Shown one piece after another: positions 20,301 through 29,906 of a stretch of DNA of 64,000 bases (position 1 is its first letter; the number at the start of each line of letters is the position of its first letter). The stretch comes from an uncultured delta proteobacterium (lineage in GTDB: Bacteria; Desulfobacterota; Binatia; JACPRU01): NCBI GenBank assembly GCA_963745025.1, contig CAVUWD010000018.1:1-64000 (forward strand), in the 5' to 3' direction. The translations under genes and the position numbers were made by a program. The notes beneath the pieces were generated by a model. The model saw only the letters and a list, made by a program, of their open reading frames with translations. It was not told the DNA's origin and ran no database searches.

Positions 20301-21485
20301 CGACACGCGTCCGAGCACGGTGGGCGGCGGCATCTCGAGACGCCAACTCTGGCTCAACGTTCCCGAGAGCTCGTCCTTGATCGTGTAGCCGTTGCCGTCG
20401 AAGTCGAGCCACCAGGTGCGCCGCAGGCTCAACTGGTCCGGTGCGGGGACCGCGTCGCCGCGGCGCTTCTCGGTGAGGCGCATGATGCTGCCCGGCCGCA
20501 TCGGATAGGCGGGCAGCTGCATCCAGTCGGGGGGAAGCTCGGTCTGCTGCGGATCGATCGAGGGCACGCCCTCGATGGACACGACGCGAAGCGGGCTGCG
20601 TGCGTCGAACACCCAGATCTCCTCGGGTGCCCAGGGACCATCCTTCGGCGGCAGGGCGAGCGTCGCGACCGGCCCGAGATGGCGTGCGCGGATCTCGATC
20701 GTCCATGTTCCCGGTCGAACCTGAACGCGCAGATGGCCGTCGGATTCGAGCCGCGCCGGTAACGGGCTGTCGAGCGTCATCGCCACGAACTCATCCGCAA
20801 GCGCGCGGCCGAGCACCACCTCGCGGTTGTTGCCGGAGACGCGAAGCTCGACGCGGGTCGTGAGCTCGAGCGGGATGTCGTCGGTGACGCGCCGGTAGAC
20901 GCGAATGTCGAGGCGGGCTTCCTCGGCGACGGTGCTCGGACGGCTCTTCAGCCAGAGCTGACCTTGAGGGTCGCGCCGTGCGAACGGCACCGCCTTGCCG
21001 TCCAGCGAGAGCGCGACGAGGCCGGTTTCTGCGGGAATCGACAGCAGCTCGGGTAGCTCGGACCACGCGAAGCTGCCGCTGATCTCGTGTTTTCCTCTGC
21101 TCAAGTGCAGCGCGGGCGCGCCGTCGTGGACTACCGCGGGAGTGGGTTTGCCGTCGATGCGTACGTCCAACGGCCAGCGCCGCGCGTCGCCGGGAAGCGG
21201 AATCCAGGCGTCGGAATAGGCGCGCCACTGTTGGCTGAATCGACCGCTCTTCTCGTCGAGCTCGAGGACGAGCCGGGCAGGCCAGGCGCACTGGCGTCGG
21301 TCCGCGGTGCCCTCGAAATACGGGCAGAGGTCCTGCTCGTGGCCACGCAGGACCCAGTCGATCCACGGCTTGAGGGGCTCCGGAACTTGCTCGCGGGGAA
21401 GTGGCTCGGCCTGCACGACAACGCAGAGGCCCATGGTCGCGAGCACGCACGCGCAAAGCAGGTCGAAACCCCGTCGCCACGTCAT
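17391..21485 (-). CDS. large (1364 aa) multi-domain membrane protein of unknown function
   Basis: Signal peptide, beta-rich regions and two TM clusters; GGAG RBS. Confidence 0.85.
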   Translation of the reverse strand: MTWRRGFDLLCACVLATMGLCVVVQAEPLPREQVPEPLKPWIDWVLRGHEQDLCPYFEGTADRRQCAWPARLVLELDEKSGRFSQQWRAYSDAWIPLPGDARRWPLDVRIDGKPTPAVVHDGAPALHLSRGKHEISGSFAWSELPELLSIPAETGLVALSLDGKAVPFARRDPQGQLWLKSRPSTVAEEARLDIRVYRRVTDDIPLELTTRVELRVSGNNREVVLGRALADEFVAMTLDSPLPARLESDGHLRVQVRPGTWTIEIRARHLGPVATLALPPKDGPWAPEEIWVFDARSPLRVVSIEGVPSIDPQQTELPPDWMQLPAYPMRPGSIMRLTEKRRGDAVPAPDQLSLRRTWWLDFDGNGYTIKDELSGTLSQSWRLEMPPPTVLGRVSLAGRDQLITRSKDPATAGVEIRQSQLQMEAESRLTGSGARIPAVGWNEDFQQVSGVLNLPPGWRLFHAAGVDDVSSTWVTDWTLLDLFLVLIIAMAAARVWGLGWGVVALATLALTYLEPDAPRWLWLALLAAEALLSVLPSGRLRSAVRLCRGAVLVAFVIVAIPFMVKEIRSGMYPALETPNAVAPFPTAAAVGGVMAAKSAAVAAPQAMMGLERAPQARALRAYEEAPGLAGGRPSIPGDEYRYVDDKAIVSTGPGLPRWQWRTISLRWRGPVERGQEIRFVLLSPRTNLVLAFLRVALLAALFLKGLLGVAAPVVPRGAALATVAVAALSSLSVFAPVADAADFPPAELLKTLEQRLLERPDCSPICAASPRLRLEATTTALLLRVEIDAAAETAVPLPGGAKGWTPSKVVLDGEPAEALSQDGNGVLWLAVGAGKHQVVLDGPIPLLDTVEIPLPLKPHRIDAEVSGWTLSGIREDGLPEDSLRLVRERRGESTEPRLEPGFLPPFARLERELRLGLSWEVENVVTRLTPLGTAFHLEVPLLAGESVTGNVRVENGKALVVLGPSANQARWRSILKEAPTIGLKASENEPWTEVWRLDASPLWHVAASGIPPIHLPPNARRIREWRPWPGETVSLALARPEAFPGQTLTIERSALEMSPGRRSTDVTFSFELRSSRGGQHIVTLPQDAELQSVAVNGAPQPIRQDKRAVTLPIVPGAQTIGLVWRSPHGIGARVQSPDLDLGAASVNVDTTIHVPADRWTLAAGGGRLGPAVLFWSLLLVVLLASIVLGRIGSTPLGTIQWSLLGVGITQAPIWVAVIVAGWLLALGWRLRSGAALGDNRFNLVQVGLALWTAAALVGLFVSIERGLLGLPEMQISGNGSTAQALHWYHDRAGAHLPPTWVISVPLAAYRLAMLAWALWIAWALLSWLRWGFGAFATGGLWRASARAWRLSRKTAPPPSDTPAR

Positions 21486-21575
21486 CGCTCCACCTCCGTG
21501 TACAGCGGCCCAGGTGTCAGATACTCAGATCCTCAGATACATGGCGGGGGAGGGCGCTCACAAACGGAGGTCGCC

Positions 21576-22385
21576 ATGCTGCTCGAAGGAAAACTCGCTC
21601 TGGTGACCGGCGCCGCGCGCGGCATCGGCCGCGCCACGGCGCTGGTGTTGGCCGAGGAAGGCGCGGCCGTCGCGGTCGCCGATCGCCTGCCCGAAGTCGC
21701 AGAGACCGCCGCGGAGATCGAGAAGCTCGGGCGGCGCGCGACAGCGGCGGTCTTCGACGTTTCCGATCCGACCTCGGTCGAGAGCGGCGTGGCGGCGATT
21801 CGCGGCCAGCTCGGCGACGTCGACGTGCTGGTGAACAACGCCGGGATCGTCAACAACATCGCGCCGCTCCAGCGCATGACCGAGCAAGCGTGGCAGCGGG
21901 AGATCGGCGTCAACTTGAGCGGCGCGTTCCATCTGATTCAGGCGGTGGTGGGCCCGATGGTCGCCAAGAAATGGGGGAGGATCGTCAACGTATCGTCGAT
22001 CGCCGCGACCGGTGGTTTGCACAATCAGGTTGCGTACGCGGCGAGCAAGGCGGGTCTCCTCGGCCTCACGCAGACGGTGACGCTCGAGTTCGCGCGACAC
22101 GGCATCACCTGCAATGCGATCCTGCCGGGGCTGATCGCCACGGAGAACGTGCAGAGGATGCCGGGGGAGATTCGCGACGCGGCGATCGCTGCGATACCGA
22201 CGCGCCGGCTCGGTGAGCCCCGCGAGATCGGTTACCTGATCGCGTTTCTCGCTTCGGATCGCGCGGCATTCATCAACGGCGCCGCGATTCCCGTCTCGGG
22301 CGGCGCGAACCTCAACACGCTCACGCTCGGCAGTCGGAAAGAGGTCGCCGAAATGACCCGCCGCGGTCCGTCATCGACGTCATGA
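21576..22385 (+). CDS. SDR oxidoreductase (FabG-like)
   Basis: TGAARGIG, NNAG, YAASK. Confidence 0.93.
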   Translation: MLLEGKLALVTGAARGIGRATALVLAEEGAAVAVADRLPEVAETAAEIEKLGRRATAAVFDVSDPTSVESGVAAIRGQLGDVDVLVNNAGIVNNIAPLQRMTEQAWQREIGVNLSGAFHLIQAVVGPMVAKKWGRIVNVSSIAATGGLHNQVAYAASKAGLLGLTQTVTLEFARHGITCNAILPGLIATENVQRMPGEIRDAAIAAIPTRRLGEPREIGYLIAFLASDRAAFINGAAIPVSGGANLNTLTLGSRKEVAEMTRRGPSSTS

Positions 22386-22579
22386 GCGCGTCCGGCGCAG
22401 AGGCATCCTGAAGCCCGTCTGCCCATGCTCGGCGAGCTCGCGGCGGGGAGCTGCCGCGCGGCGACCGGCTCTTCAAGCCCGCAGAGATCACCGAGATCCG
22501 GCTGCAATCGACCGACAGCCCTTGACCCGGGGCGCGTTCCCGGATTGACGTGGAGCTTCGAATCGCCGACCCGGAGGAA

Positions 22580-23386
22580 ATGATGCGCTACGAGTTCTTC
22601 GAGATCGAGAAGCACGATCAGACGGCGACGCTCTGGCTGAATCGCCCCGAGAAGCGAAACGCCATGGGCCCGGCCTTCTGGAACGAGTTGCCGCAGGCCA
22701 TGGGCGAGCTCGAGGACGACGCCGCCGTCCGCGCGGTGGTGATCGCCGGACGCGGCAAGGACTTCACCATCGGACTCGATCTGAAGGCGATGGGCGGCAC
22801 GCTCTTCGGCTCGGAGCCGAGCGGTCGCTTCGCGGTCCTCGACGAGATCGACCGGCTGCAGCGCTCGATCACGGCGGTCGCCGACTGCACGAAGCCGGTG
22901 ATCGCCGCGGTTCATGGCTACTGTCTCGGCGGCGGCATCGACCTCGTCACCGCCTGCGACATCCGCTACGCCGCCCGTGATGCGATCTTCTCGATCCGCG
23001 AGACCAAGATCGCGATCGTCGCCGACGTCGGCACGCTGCAGCGGCTGCCGGCGATCATCGGCAAGGGACACGTCGCCGAGCTGGCGTTCACGGGAGACGA
23101 CATCGACGCCGAGCGCGCCGAGGCGATCCATCTGGTGAACCGGGTCTTCGCCGACGGCGAGACCACGGTCGCGGCTGCGCGCAATCTCGCCGAGCGGATC
23201 GCGGCCAACTCTCCGCTCGCGGTGCAGGGCACCAAGCGGGTGCTGGAGTTCTGCGAAGGGAAGAGCGTCGAGGACGGCCTCCAGTACGTCGCCACGTGGA
23301 ACGCCGCCTTCCTCGGCAGCGACGACTTGCGCGAGGCGATGGCCGCCTTCGTCGAGAAGCGCAAGCCGAAGTTCACGGGACGCTGA
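22580..23386 (+). CDS. enoyl-CoA hydratase/isomerase (dienoyl-CoA isomerase-like)
   Basis: LNRPEKRNA, KPVIAAVHG, ACDIRY, ADVGTLQRL. Confidence 0.92.
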   Translation: MMRYEFFEIEKHDQTATLWLNRPEKRNAMGPAFWNELPQAMGELEDDAAVRAVVIAGRGKDFTIGLDLKAMGGTLFGSEPSGRFAVLDEIDRLQRSITAVADCTKPVIAAVHGYCLGGGIDLVTACDIRYAARDAIFSIRETKIAIVADVGTLQRLPAIIGKGHVAELAFTGDDIDAERAEAIHLVNRVFADGETTVAAARNLAERIAANSPLAVQGTKRVLEFCEGKSVEDGLQYVATWNAAFLGSDDLREAMAAFVEKRKPKFTGR

Positions 23387-23466
23387 CGGGTAGGCGATGT
23401 GATCGGAGCCGTCTCGCCACCAGCGGGAGCGAGTAAGATCACACGCCCTTCTGAGGAGGCTGACCC

Positions 23467-24468
23467 ATGCTCAAGACACCGCTCTGCAGAGAGCTCGGCG
23501 TCGAGCTGCCGATCTTCAATGCCGGTATGGGCGGAGGCGTGGCGAGCGCGGCGCTCGCCGCCGCGGTGTCCAACGCCGGCGGCCTCGGCGTGCTCGGCAT
23601 GGGCGGCCTTCCCTCCCCGGTGATTCGCGAGCAGATCGGGCGCTTGCGCTCGCTCACTCGGAAGCCCTTCGGCGTGAACATCATTCTCGCGCTCGCCGAG
23701 GAAGGGCAGGTCGAGTCTTGCCTCGAGGAGAAGGTGCCCGTGCTGATCCTCTTCTGGGGCGACCCCAGGCCATTCGTCGACCAGGCGCATCGGGTCGGCA
23801 CCAAGGTGATCCTCCAGTGCGGGTCGGTCGAAGAAGCGAAAGCGGCCTCGGCTGCCGGCGTGGACGCGGTGATGATCCAGGGCGTCGAAGCCGGAGGTCA
23901 CGTGAAGGGCACGACCGCGCTGTCGATCTGCCTTCCCGCGGTCGTCGAAGCGGTGAAGCCGTTGCCGGTCATCGCCGCAGGCGGCGTCGCCGACGGGCGA
24001 GGGCTCGCCGCGGCGCTCAGCCTCGGCGCGCAAGCCGTGTCGATCGGCACTCGGTTCCTCTGCAGCGAGGAGTCGGCGGCGGCGCGACCCTACAAGGAGC
24101 GCATCGTCGCCGCCAAGGCGGAAGACACGGTGCACACGCTGCTCTTCGATGTCGGCTGGCCGAACGCGGCGCACCGCGTGCTCCGCAACAAAGCCTATTC
24201 CGAGTGGGAAGCTGCGGGCTCTCCGCCGCCGGGGCGGCGCCCCGGCGAGGGGGTTCCCTTCGGGACCACGACGATCGCCGGCGCGCGCGTCGAGCTTCCG
24301 CGCTACCACATCTTCATGCCGGTCGAAGGATTCGAGGGCGACATGGAGTATGCCGCGCTCTACGCCGGGCAATCGTGTGCCCTCGTGCACGCGATCGAGC
24401 CTGCCGCCAGGATCGTCGCCGAGATCGCGAAAGGCGCGGAAGCGGTACTTCAGAGTAGGGCGAGCTGA
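23467..24468 (+). CDS. nitronate monooxygenase family flavoprotein
   Basis: AGMGG, SNAGGLG, QGVEAGGH, AAGGVADG, IGTRF. Confidence 0.9.
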   Translation: MLKTPLCRELGVELPIFNAGMGGGVASAALAAAVSNAGGLGVLGMGGLPSPVIREQIGRLRSLTRKPFGVNIILALAEEGQVESCLEEKVPVLILFWGDPRPFVDQAHRVGTKVILQCGSVEEAKAASAAGVDAVMIQGVEAGGHVKGTTALSICLPAVVEAVKPLPVIAAGGVADGRGLAAALSLGAQAVSIGTRFLCSEESAAARPYKERIVAAKAEDTVHTLLFDVGWPNAAHRVLRNKAYSEWEAAGSPPPGRRPGEGVPFGTTTIAGARVELPRYHIFMPVEGFEGDMEYAALYAGQSCALVHAIEPAARIVAEIAKGAEAVLQSRAS

Positions 24469-25520
24469 CATTCTTCCGGTCTGCGAAACGCCGCGGTCGA
24501 GAGCTCCACCCGGCCATCGACGATTCCTGCGCGGCGGCAGGCGATCGCGAAGAGCGCGGCGATCTCCTCGGCGAAAATTCCCTGGCCGCGCAGCCGCGAG
24601 CCGAAGTTCGGATCGTTCAGCTTGCCGCCGCGGAGATCGCGAATGCGCCGGAGGATCTTCTCCTTGCGATCGGGGAAGTGATCCGTGAGCCAGCGATCGA
24701 AGAGATCCTTCACCGCGTACGGAAGCCGCAGCGGAACGTAGCCCGCAAAGCGCGCACCGGCCTCCGCCGCGGCGCGGAGGATCGCCGGCATCTCGTGATC
24801 GGTGAGACCCGGAATGACGGGCGCAACCAATACGCCGACGGGCACGCCGGCGTCGGCGAGCGCCCGGATCGCGTCCAGGCGCCGCTCGGCCGCCGAGGCT
24901 CGCGGCTCCATCGTTCGCTGCAGCTCGCCGTCGAGGGTCGTGACCGAGAGAAAGACGCCGGCCGCACGGTCGCGGGCGAGGTCCCCGAGCAGATCACGAT
25001 CGCGAGCGACGAGATGGTTCTTGGTGATGACCAACACCGGGTTACGGAATTCGGCGAGCACCTCGATGCATCGCCGCGTGAGGCGAAGCCGGCGTTCGAT
25101 CGGCTGGTACGCGTCGGTCACGCCGGAGATGGCGATCACTTGCGGTGCCCACTTCGGCCGGGCGAGCTCCGCGCGCAACAGCTCAGGGGCGTCCTCCTTG
25201 ACGAGAATCTTGGTCTCGAAGTCGAGCCCGGAGGAAAATCCGAGCGTCTCGTGGGTCGGGCGGGCGAAACAATAGGTACAACCGTGCTCGCAGCCCCGGT
25301 AGGGATTGATGCTCACGTCGAAGCCGACGTCGGGGCTCTCGTTTCGCGCGAGGATCGAGCGTGAGGCGTCGCGGAGAAACTCGGTGCTCGGATGCGGCGC
25401 GTCGGGGTCGGTTGCTTCCGGGTCTGGGACGTAGGTGAGCTTCTCGAACCGATTCGGCGGATTATCGCCGGCGCCCCGGCCATGGATCGGCCCGCGGAAT
25501 CCTCGGAGCGAAGTCACCAA
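24450..25520 (-). CDS. PA0069/SplB-like radical SAM protein
   Basis: NPYRGCEHGCTYCFARP, TDAYQPIE, APVIPG. Confidence 0.92.
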   Translation of the reverse strand: MVTSLRGFRGPIHGRGAGDNPPNRFEKLTYVPDPEATDPDAPHPSTEFLRDASRSILARNESPDVGFDVSINPYRGCEHGCTYCFARPTHETLGFSSGLDFETKILVKEDAPELLRAELARPKWAPQVIAISGVTDAYQPIERRLRLTRRCIEVLAEFRNPVLVITKNHLVARDRDLLGDLARDRAAGVFLSVTTLDGELQRTMEPRASAAERRLDAIRALADAGVPVGVLVAPVIPGLTDHEMPAILRAAAEAGARFAGYVPLRLPYAVKDLFDRWLTDHFPDRKEKILRRIRDLRGGKLNDPNFGSRLRGQGIFAEEIAALFAIACRRAGIVDGRVELSTAAFRRPEECQLALL

Positions 25521-25833
25521 ACCAGTTCAGGCGAAGGAAAGACGAAAGTCAAGCCGGCTCACACACGAGAATCATTTCCGAATTCGCGGTGAGCCCAGAA
25601 GTCGTGCTCGCCGCTGTCGGCGCCGCCCGTGATGTACCTGATGCCACGGCCGGTACGCGGTTGCACGCCTCCCCCTCCGAGCTCCCGCCGGCGCCGCCCG
25701 CACGACCGGCAGGAGAGCGAGCGCCGAGATCACGATCCTCGGATGCCGCATCGATCTCCTCCTTTTCCTGGACGCGGTTCTCTTCTAATACCACAGAGGC
25801 CGAAGGGTTGAGTCCGCTCACGAGGAGGACGTC

Positions 25834-26595
25834 TTGAAGAACCTGTTTTCCGTCGAAGGCAAGGTGGCAGTCGTCACCGGAGGGTCGCGCGGCATCGGCG
25901 AGATGATCGCGCGCGGTCTCGTCGAGGCCGGCGCCAAAGTCTACATCTCGTCGCGCAAGGCCGAGGTCTGCGAAGCGGTTGCGAAGGAGCTCTCGGCGAG
26001 CGGCACGGCGATCGCGATCGCCGCCGACCTCGCTACCGAGGCGGGCGCGAAGCACCTCGCCGCCGAGGTCGCGAAGCGTGAAGCGGCGCTGCACGTGCTC
26101 GTCAACAACGCGGGTGCGAACTGGGGTGCACCCTATGCCGAGTTCCCGGACGCCGCCTGGGACAGGGTGTTGGCGCTCAACGTGAAAGGCGTCTTCCACC
26201 TCACCCGAGAGCTCACGCCGCTGCTCGAGAAGGGGGCAACGCCAGGCGATCCGGCGCGAGTCATCAACATCGGCTCGATCGACGGCATCCGCGTGCCGGC
26301 CCTGGAGACCTATGCGTACTCGGCGAGCAAAGCAGCGGTCCATCACATGACCCGCGTGCTCGCCAAACGGCTCGCCCCGAACATCACCGTGAACGCCGTC
26401 GCGCCGGGCCCGTTCGAGAGCAAGATGACGGCCGAGCTGCTGCGGCGCTCCAAAGACGCGATCGTCGCGAGCTGCCCGCTCGGGCGGATCGGCGAGCCCG
26501 AGGACATGGCGGGGGTGACGATCTACCTCGCCTCGCGCGCCGGCGCCTATCTCACCGGCACGGTGATCTGCGTCGACGGCGGAATCGCGATCTGA
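25834..26595 (+). CDS. SDR oxidoreductase (RhlG-like)
   Basis: TGGSRGIG, NNAGANWG, YSASK. Confidence 0.92.
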   Translation: MKNLFSVEGKVAVVTGGSRGIGEMIARGLVEAGAKVYISSRKAEVCEAVAKELSASGTAIAIAADLATEAGAKHLAAEVAKREAALHVLVNNAGANWGAPYAEFPDAAWDRVLALNVKGVFHLTRELTPLLEKGATPGDPARVINIGSIDGIRVPALETYAYSASKAAVHHMTRVLAKRLAPNITVNAVAPGPFESKMTAELLRRSKDAIVASCPLGRIGEPEDMAGVTIYLASRAGAYLTGTVICVDGGIAI

Positions 26596-26661
26596 ACGCC
26601 TCACACGTCGGTCGCGCCGGGAACGCAGCGAGCGTCGCCTCGGACGCTCCCCGATGACCCT

Positions 26662-27327
26662 TCAGAAGAGCGGTCGATCCCAGCGATCGAGGAACGCGAC
26701 CCTCTCGACGGGCTTCCGCGTCAACGGGCCGTGGCCGCGGCCTTCGGGATAGCCGATCGGCACGTAGGCGGCGGTGGCCCAGTTCTCCGGGATCGCCAAT
26801 CGCTCGCGGACCTTGGGCTCTTCGAGGCAGAGGAGCGTCGTCAGCGTCGCGCCGAGATCGAACGCGCGACAGGCGAGCAGCAGATTCTGCACGGCCGGAT
26901 AGATCGATCCGCCCCCGACGACCGAGGGGCGCCCGAGCTTCGCGTCCGTGATCGCCAGGTCCGGGATGTGCACGCAGACGACGACGATCACCGGCGCTTC
27001 GTCGATGTGCTCGGCGAGGTGGCGAGCGGTCGCGTATGTGCGCTCCATGCGCTTGCGCTCCGCATCGGGGAGCTTGGCGATCGCCGGGCGGTGTGCGTTC
27101 TCGTAGGTCGTCCAGTGCGGCAGGTACAGATCACGAAGGATCGTCTTCGTCTCGGGGTCGCGCACCACGATGAATCGCCACGGCTGGCGATTGCCGCCGT
27201 TCGGCGCCCAGGTGGCGGCGGTCAACACCTTTCGCAGCAGGTCGTCGGGAACCGGGTCCTTGCGCAGTCGCCGCACAGACCGCAGCGTGCTCATTGCCTC
27301 GAAGAGATCGATGCCGGCGTTTTCCAT
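26662..27327 (-). CDS. nitroreductase family protein
   Basis: RSVRR, APNGGNRQPWRF, SIYPAVQNLLLA, PIGYP. Confidence 0.9.
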   Translation of the reverse strand: MENAGIDLFEAMSTLRSVRRLRKDPVPDDLLRKVLTAATWAPNGGNRQPWRFIVVRDPETKTILRDLYLPHWTTYENAHRPAIAKLPDAERKRMERTYATARHLAEHIDEAPVIVVVCVHIPDLAITDAKLGRPSVVGGGSIYPAVQNLLLACRAFDLGATLTTLLCLEEPKVRERLAIPENWATAAYVPIGYPEGRGHGPLTRKPVERVAFLDRWDRPLF

Positions 27328-27401
27328 GCATTGCTCTTACGGCGGCGGCGATCGTCGGACAAGCCTTCGTCCGCGTCAGACACCCTCGTTCAGGGGACGC
27401 G

Positions 27402-27746
27402 TTATGCCTCTCTGGGGAGCGTGCACCGCGTGCCCCGCTTATCGATGAGACCCGACAGGCGCTCGGCCGCGACCGGGTCGTCGCTCTGGATGCGCGTGCC
27501 GTCGGGAAGGGTGATCTCTGCGGGCGGAGTCGCACCACCGTTCGGTTCTCTCAGGTAACGAGCGCTGCACTGGAGCAACGAAGGAAACTTTTTCGCTCCC
27601 CGGATCTCGCGCGCTTCCTCGTCGCGCAGCGCCCAGCCGCGATCGCCGGGGATGCCCCGCTCGCTCACCCGACACTCGCGGAGCTCGCCGCCCGCCATCG
27701 ATTTCACCGGATAGCGCCAGATCTCGATCACCCTGCCGACGATCAT
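27402..27746 (-). pseudogene. truncated MOSC-domain protein (N-terminal beta-barrel only)
   Basis: IWRYPVKSMAGG, GDRGWA; ends before the MOSC core. Confidence 0.7.
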
Positions 27747-27818
27747 CCGACGTTCTCCTTCCTGTTGCTGTCGGTGTGATGAGCCAGAGTCACCGAGCGA
27801 AGATTCGGAAACAAGACG

Positions 27819-28679
27819 CTACGGATACCCCGCGCCCGGGACGTCGGCACGAACGGTTTCGATCCGGCCCTTCGATTTGCCCTGCGAGAGATCTTCTAGG
27901 GTGGTCTCGGCCGTGAGCAGGAAAAGTGTCCGCCGATCCTCGCCGCCGAGCATGCATGCGACCGCACGCCGCCCCGGAACCGCCACGCGCGCCGCGATGT
28001 CGCCGCCCTCCCAAACGCGGATGAACTCGTCCTGTCCGAAGCACGACACCCACACCGCGCCTTCGGCGTCGAGGCAGATGCCGTCGGGCGTGCGGTCGCC
28101 GAGGTGGGCGAAGAAGCGCCGGCCGGAGAGCGAGCCGTCGGGCTTCAAGTTGAAGGCGGTCAGCACGTTGGCGAACGACTCGGCGACGATCAAGGTTTTG
28201 CCGTCCGGCGTGATCACGGCGCCGTTCGGGAACGCCAGGTCTTCGGCGATCACGCGCGCGCGGCCGTCGGGATCGACGACGACGAGGCAGGTCGGTCGCG
28301 GCTCGGCGCCGTTGAACAGATCGAATCCGAAGTTGCCGATGAATGCCCGTCCGTTGGCATCGACGACCATGTCGTTGGCATCGCCCGGCATGAGCGAGCT
28401 CATGTCGGCCACGGTCTCGAGGCTGCCGTTCTCGAACCGTAACAAGCGCCGGTCGCGCATCGATACGACGAGGAGGCGGCCGCGGGGATCGAAGCCGAGC
28501 CCCGAAGGCCGCATCGGCACGTCCACCACGGTCTCGAGCCGGCCCTGATGATCCACGGCCATCACCCGCGCGCCGTGGATGTCCGAGAACCAGAGCTTGC
28601 CGGCGTGCCAACGCGGCCCCTCGGGGAAGATGATTCCTTCGGCGGTGAGGACGGTTGGTGTGTACGCGATCATGGTCAT
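27819..28679 (-). CDS. SMP-30/gluconolactonase family protein
   Basis: FPEGPRW, NDMVVD, FPNG, PDGICLD. Confidence 0.92.
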   Translation of the reverse strand: MTMIAYTPTVLTAEGIIFPEGPRWHAGKLWFSDIHGARVMAVDHQGRLETVVDVPMRPSGLGFDPRGRLLVVSMRDRRLLRFENGSLETVADMSSLMPGDANDMVVDANGRAFIGNFGFDLFNGAEPRPTCLVVVDPDGRARVIAEDLAFPNGAVITPDGKTLIVAESFANVLTAFNLKPDGSLSGRRFFAHLGDRTPDGICLDAEGAVWVSCFGQDEFIRVWEGGDIAARVAVPGRRAVACMLGGEDRRTLFLLTAETTLEDLSQGKSKGRIETVRADVPGAGYP

Positions 28680-28864
28680 TCCTCCGTGGCGCTCCTACCA
28701 CGCGGTTTCGGCGCGAGGTAGGGGACGTTGCTGCGTCGATTGGCAGGCCTCAGTCTTGGCCACGGAGATCGGGCGAAAAGGATCGCGCGATAGTGCGGAA
28801 TGTTGCGGCGCTTCGCGCTGCGGATTTATGATAGTCAAGTTAGCGGGCGGCACAGGAGGCCTCT

Positions 28865-29698
28865 ATGAGCGCTGCGAAGACGTCGGCTGCTCCCTCACGG
28901 TTGAATGAGGTCTTCGATGATCTCATGTCCACCTTGCGCGCGTTTATCCGCAAGCATCACATCACACACGACGAATATCGTCGTGTGGTCGCCCTTTTTA
29001 CCGAGGCCGGCAAGAGCGAGGGCGAGGTTTCGCTGCTGATGGACGTGTTCCTCGAGGCGACGGTCGATCAGGTCGACTGGGCCGGACGCGACGGCACCGA
29101 GAGCACGGTCGAGGGCCCGTTCTATGTGCCCGAGGCGCCGGCGATGAAAACTCCTTGCGTGCTGCCGCATCGCGCCAACGAGCCCGGCGACGTGCTGATT
29201 TTCTCCGGTGCGGTGCGCAGTCCCGACGGTTCCGCGCTCGGGGGCGCAATTGTCGACATCTGGCATGCGGACGCTGAGGGTGCCTACTCGCACTTCAATA
29301 TCCCCAGGGCCCAAGCCCCGTACAATCTGCGCGCGCGCGTGACCACCGATGATAGCGGCCGCTTCGAGATTCAGACCTGGGTCACCGCGCCGTACCAGAT
29401 TCCCAAGGCGGGACCGACGGGGGCACTGCTGGCCGCGCTCGGCCGTCATGCGTGGCGTCCCGCCCACATTCACGTCAGGCTGTCGCATGAGGGTTTCGAG
29501 ACGCTGACCACGCAGATTTTCCTCAAGAACAGTCCGTGGCTCGACTCGGACGTGGTCGGTGCGGTCAAGCCGTCGCTGATCGCCGGTCTCGAGAAGCATG
29601 AGGATCCGGCTGATTTGCGCAAGAGGGGGCTGGAACGTACGTATTTCACCCTAGCGTACGATTTTGTTCTACCGACTCTGGTGAAGGCCGCGTCATAG
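28865..29698 (+). CDS. intradiol ring-cleavage dioxygenase (catechol 1,2-dioxygenase-like)
   Basis: EGPFY, DIWHAD.GAY, RPAHIH iron ligands. Confidence 0.9.
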   Translation: MSAAKTSAAPSRLNEVFDDLMSTLRAFIRKHHITHDEYRRVVALFTEAGKSEGEVSLLMDVFLEATVDQVDWAGRDGTESTVEGPFYVPEAPAMKTPCVLPHRANEPGDVLIFSGAVRSPDGSALGGAIVDIWHADAEGAYSHFNIPRAQAPYNLRARVTTDDSGRFEIQTWVTAPYQIPKAGPTGALLAALGRHAWRPAHIHVRLSHEGFETLTTQIFLKNSPWLDSDVVGAVKPSLIAGLEKHEDPADLRKRGLERTYFTLAYDFVLPTLVKAAS

Positions 29699-29906
29699 CA
29701 CGCTTTCACCTCGAGGTCGCACTATCTCCAAGCATCCACAGTGTGCCCGAGAACAGCGTCGACACGAGAATCGCGATACTCGGGGCCAGCCCGCCCGCGT
29801 GCCTGCAGACAGAGGCAACGGCGGGGCGAAGCTACCGAAGAGAAAGGAACGCAATGGGCGCGCTGCGTTCACTGCCTCGAAACCTTCGCGCAGCTTTCCG
29901 CTCGAG

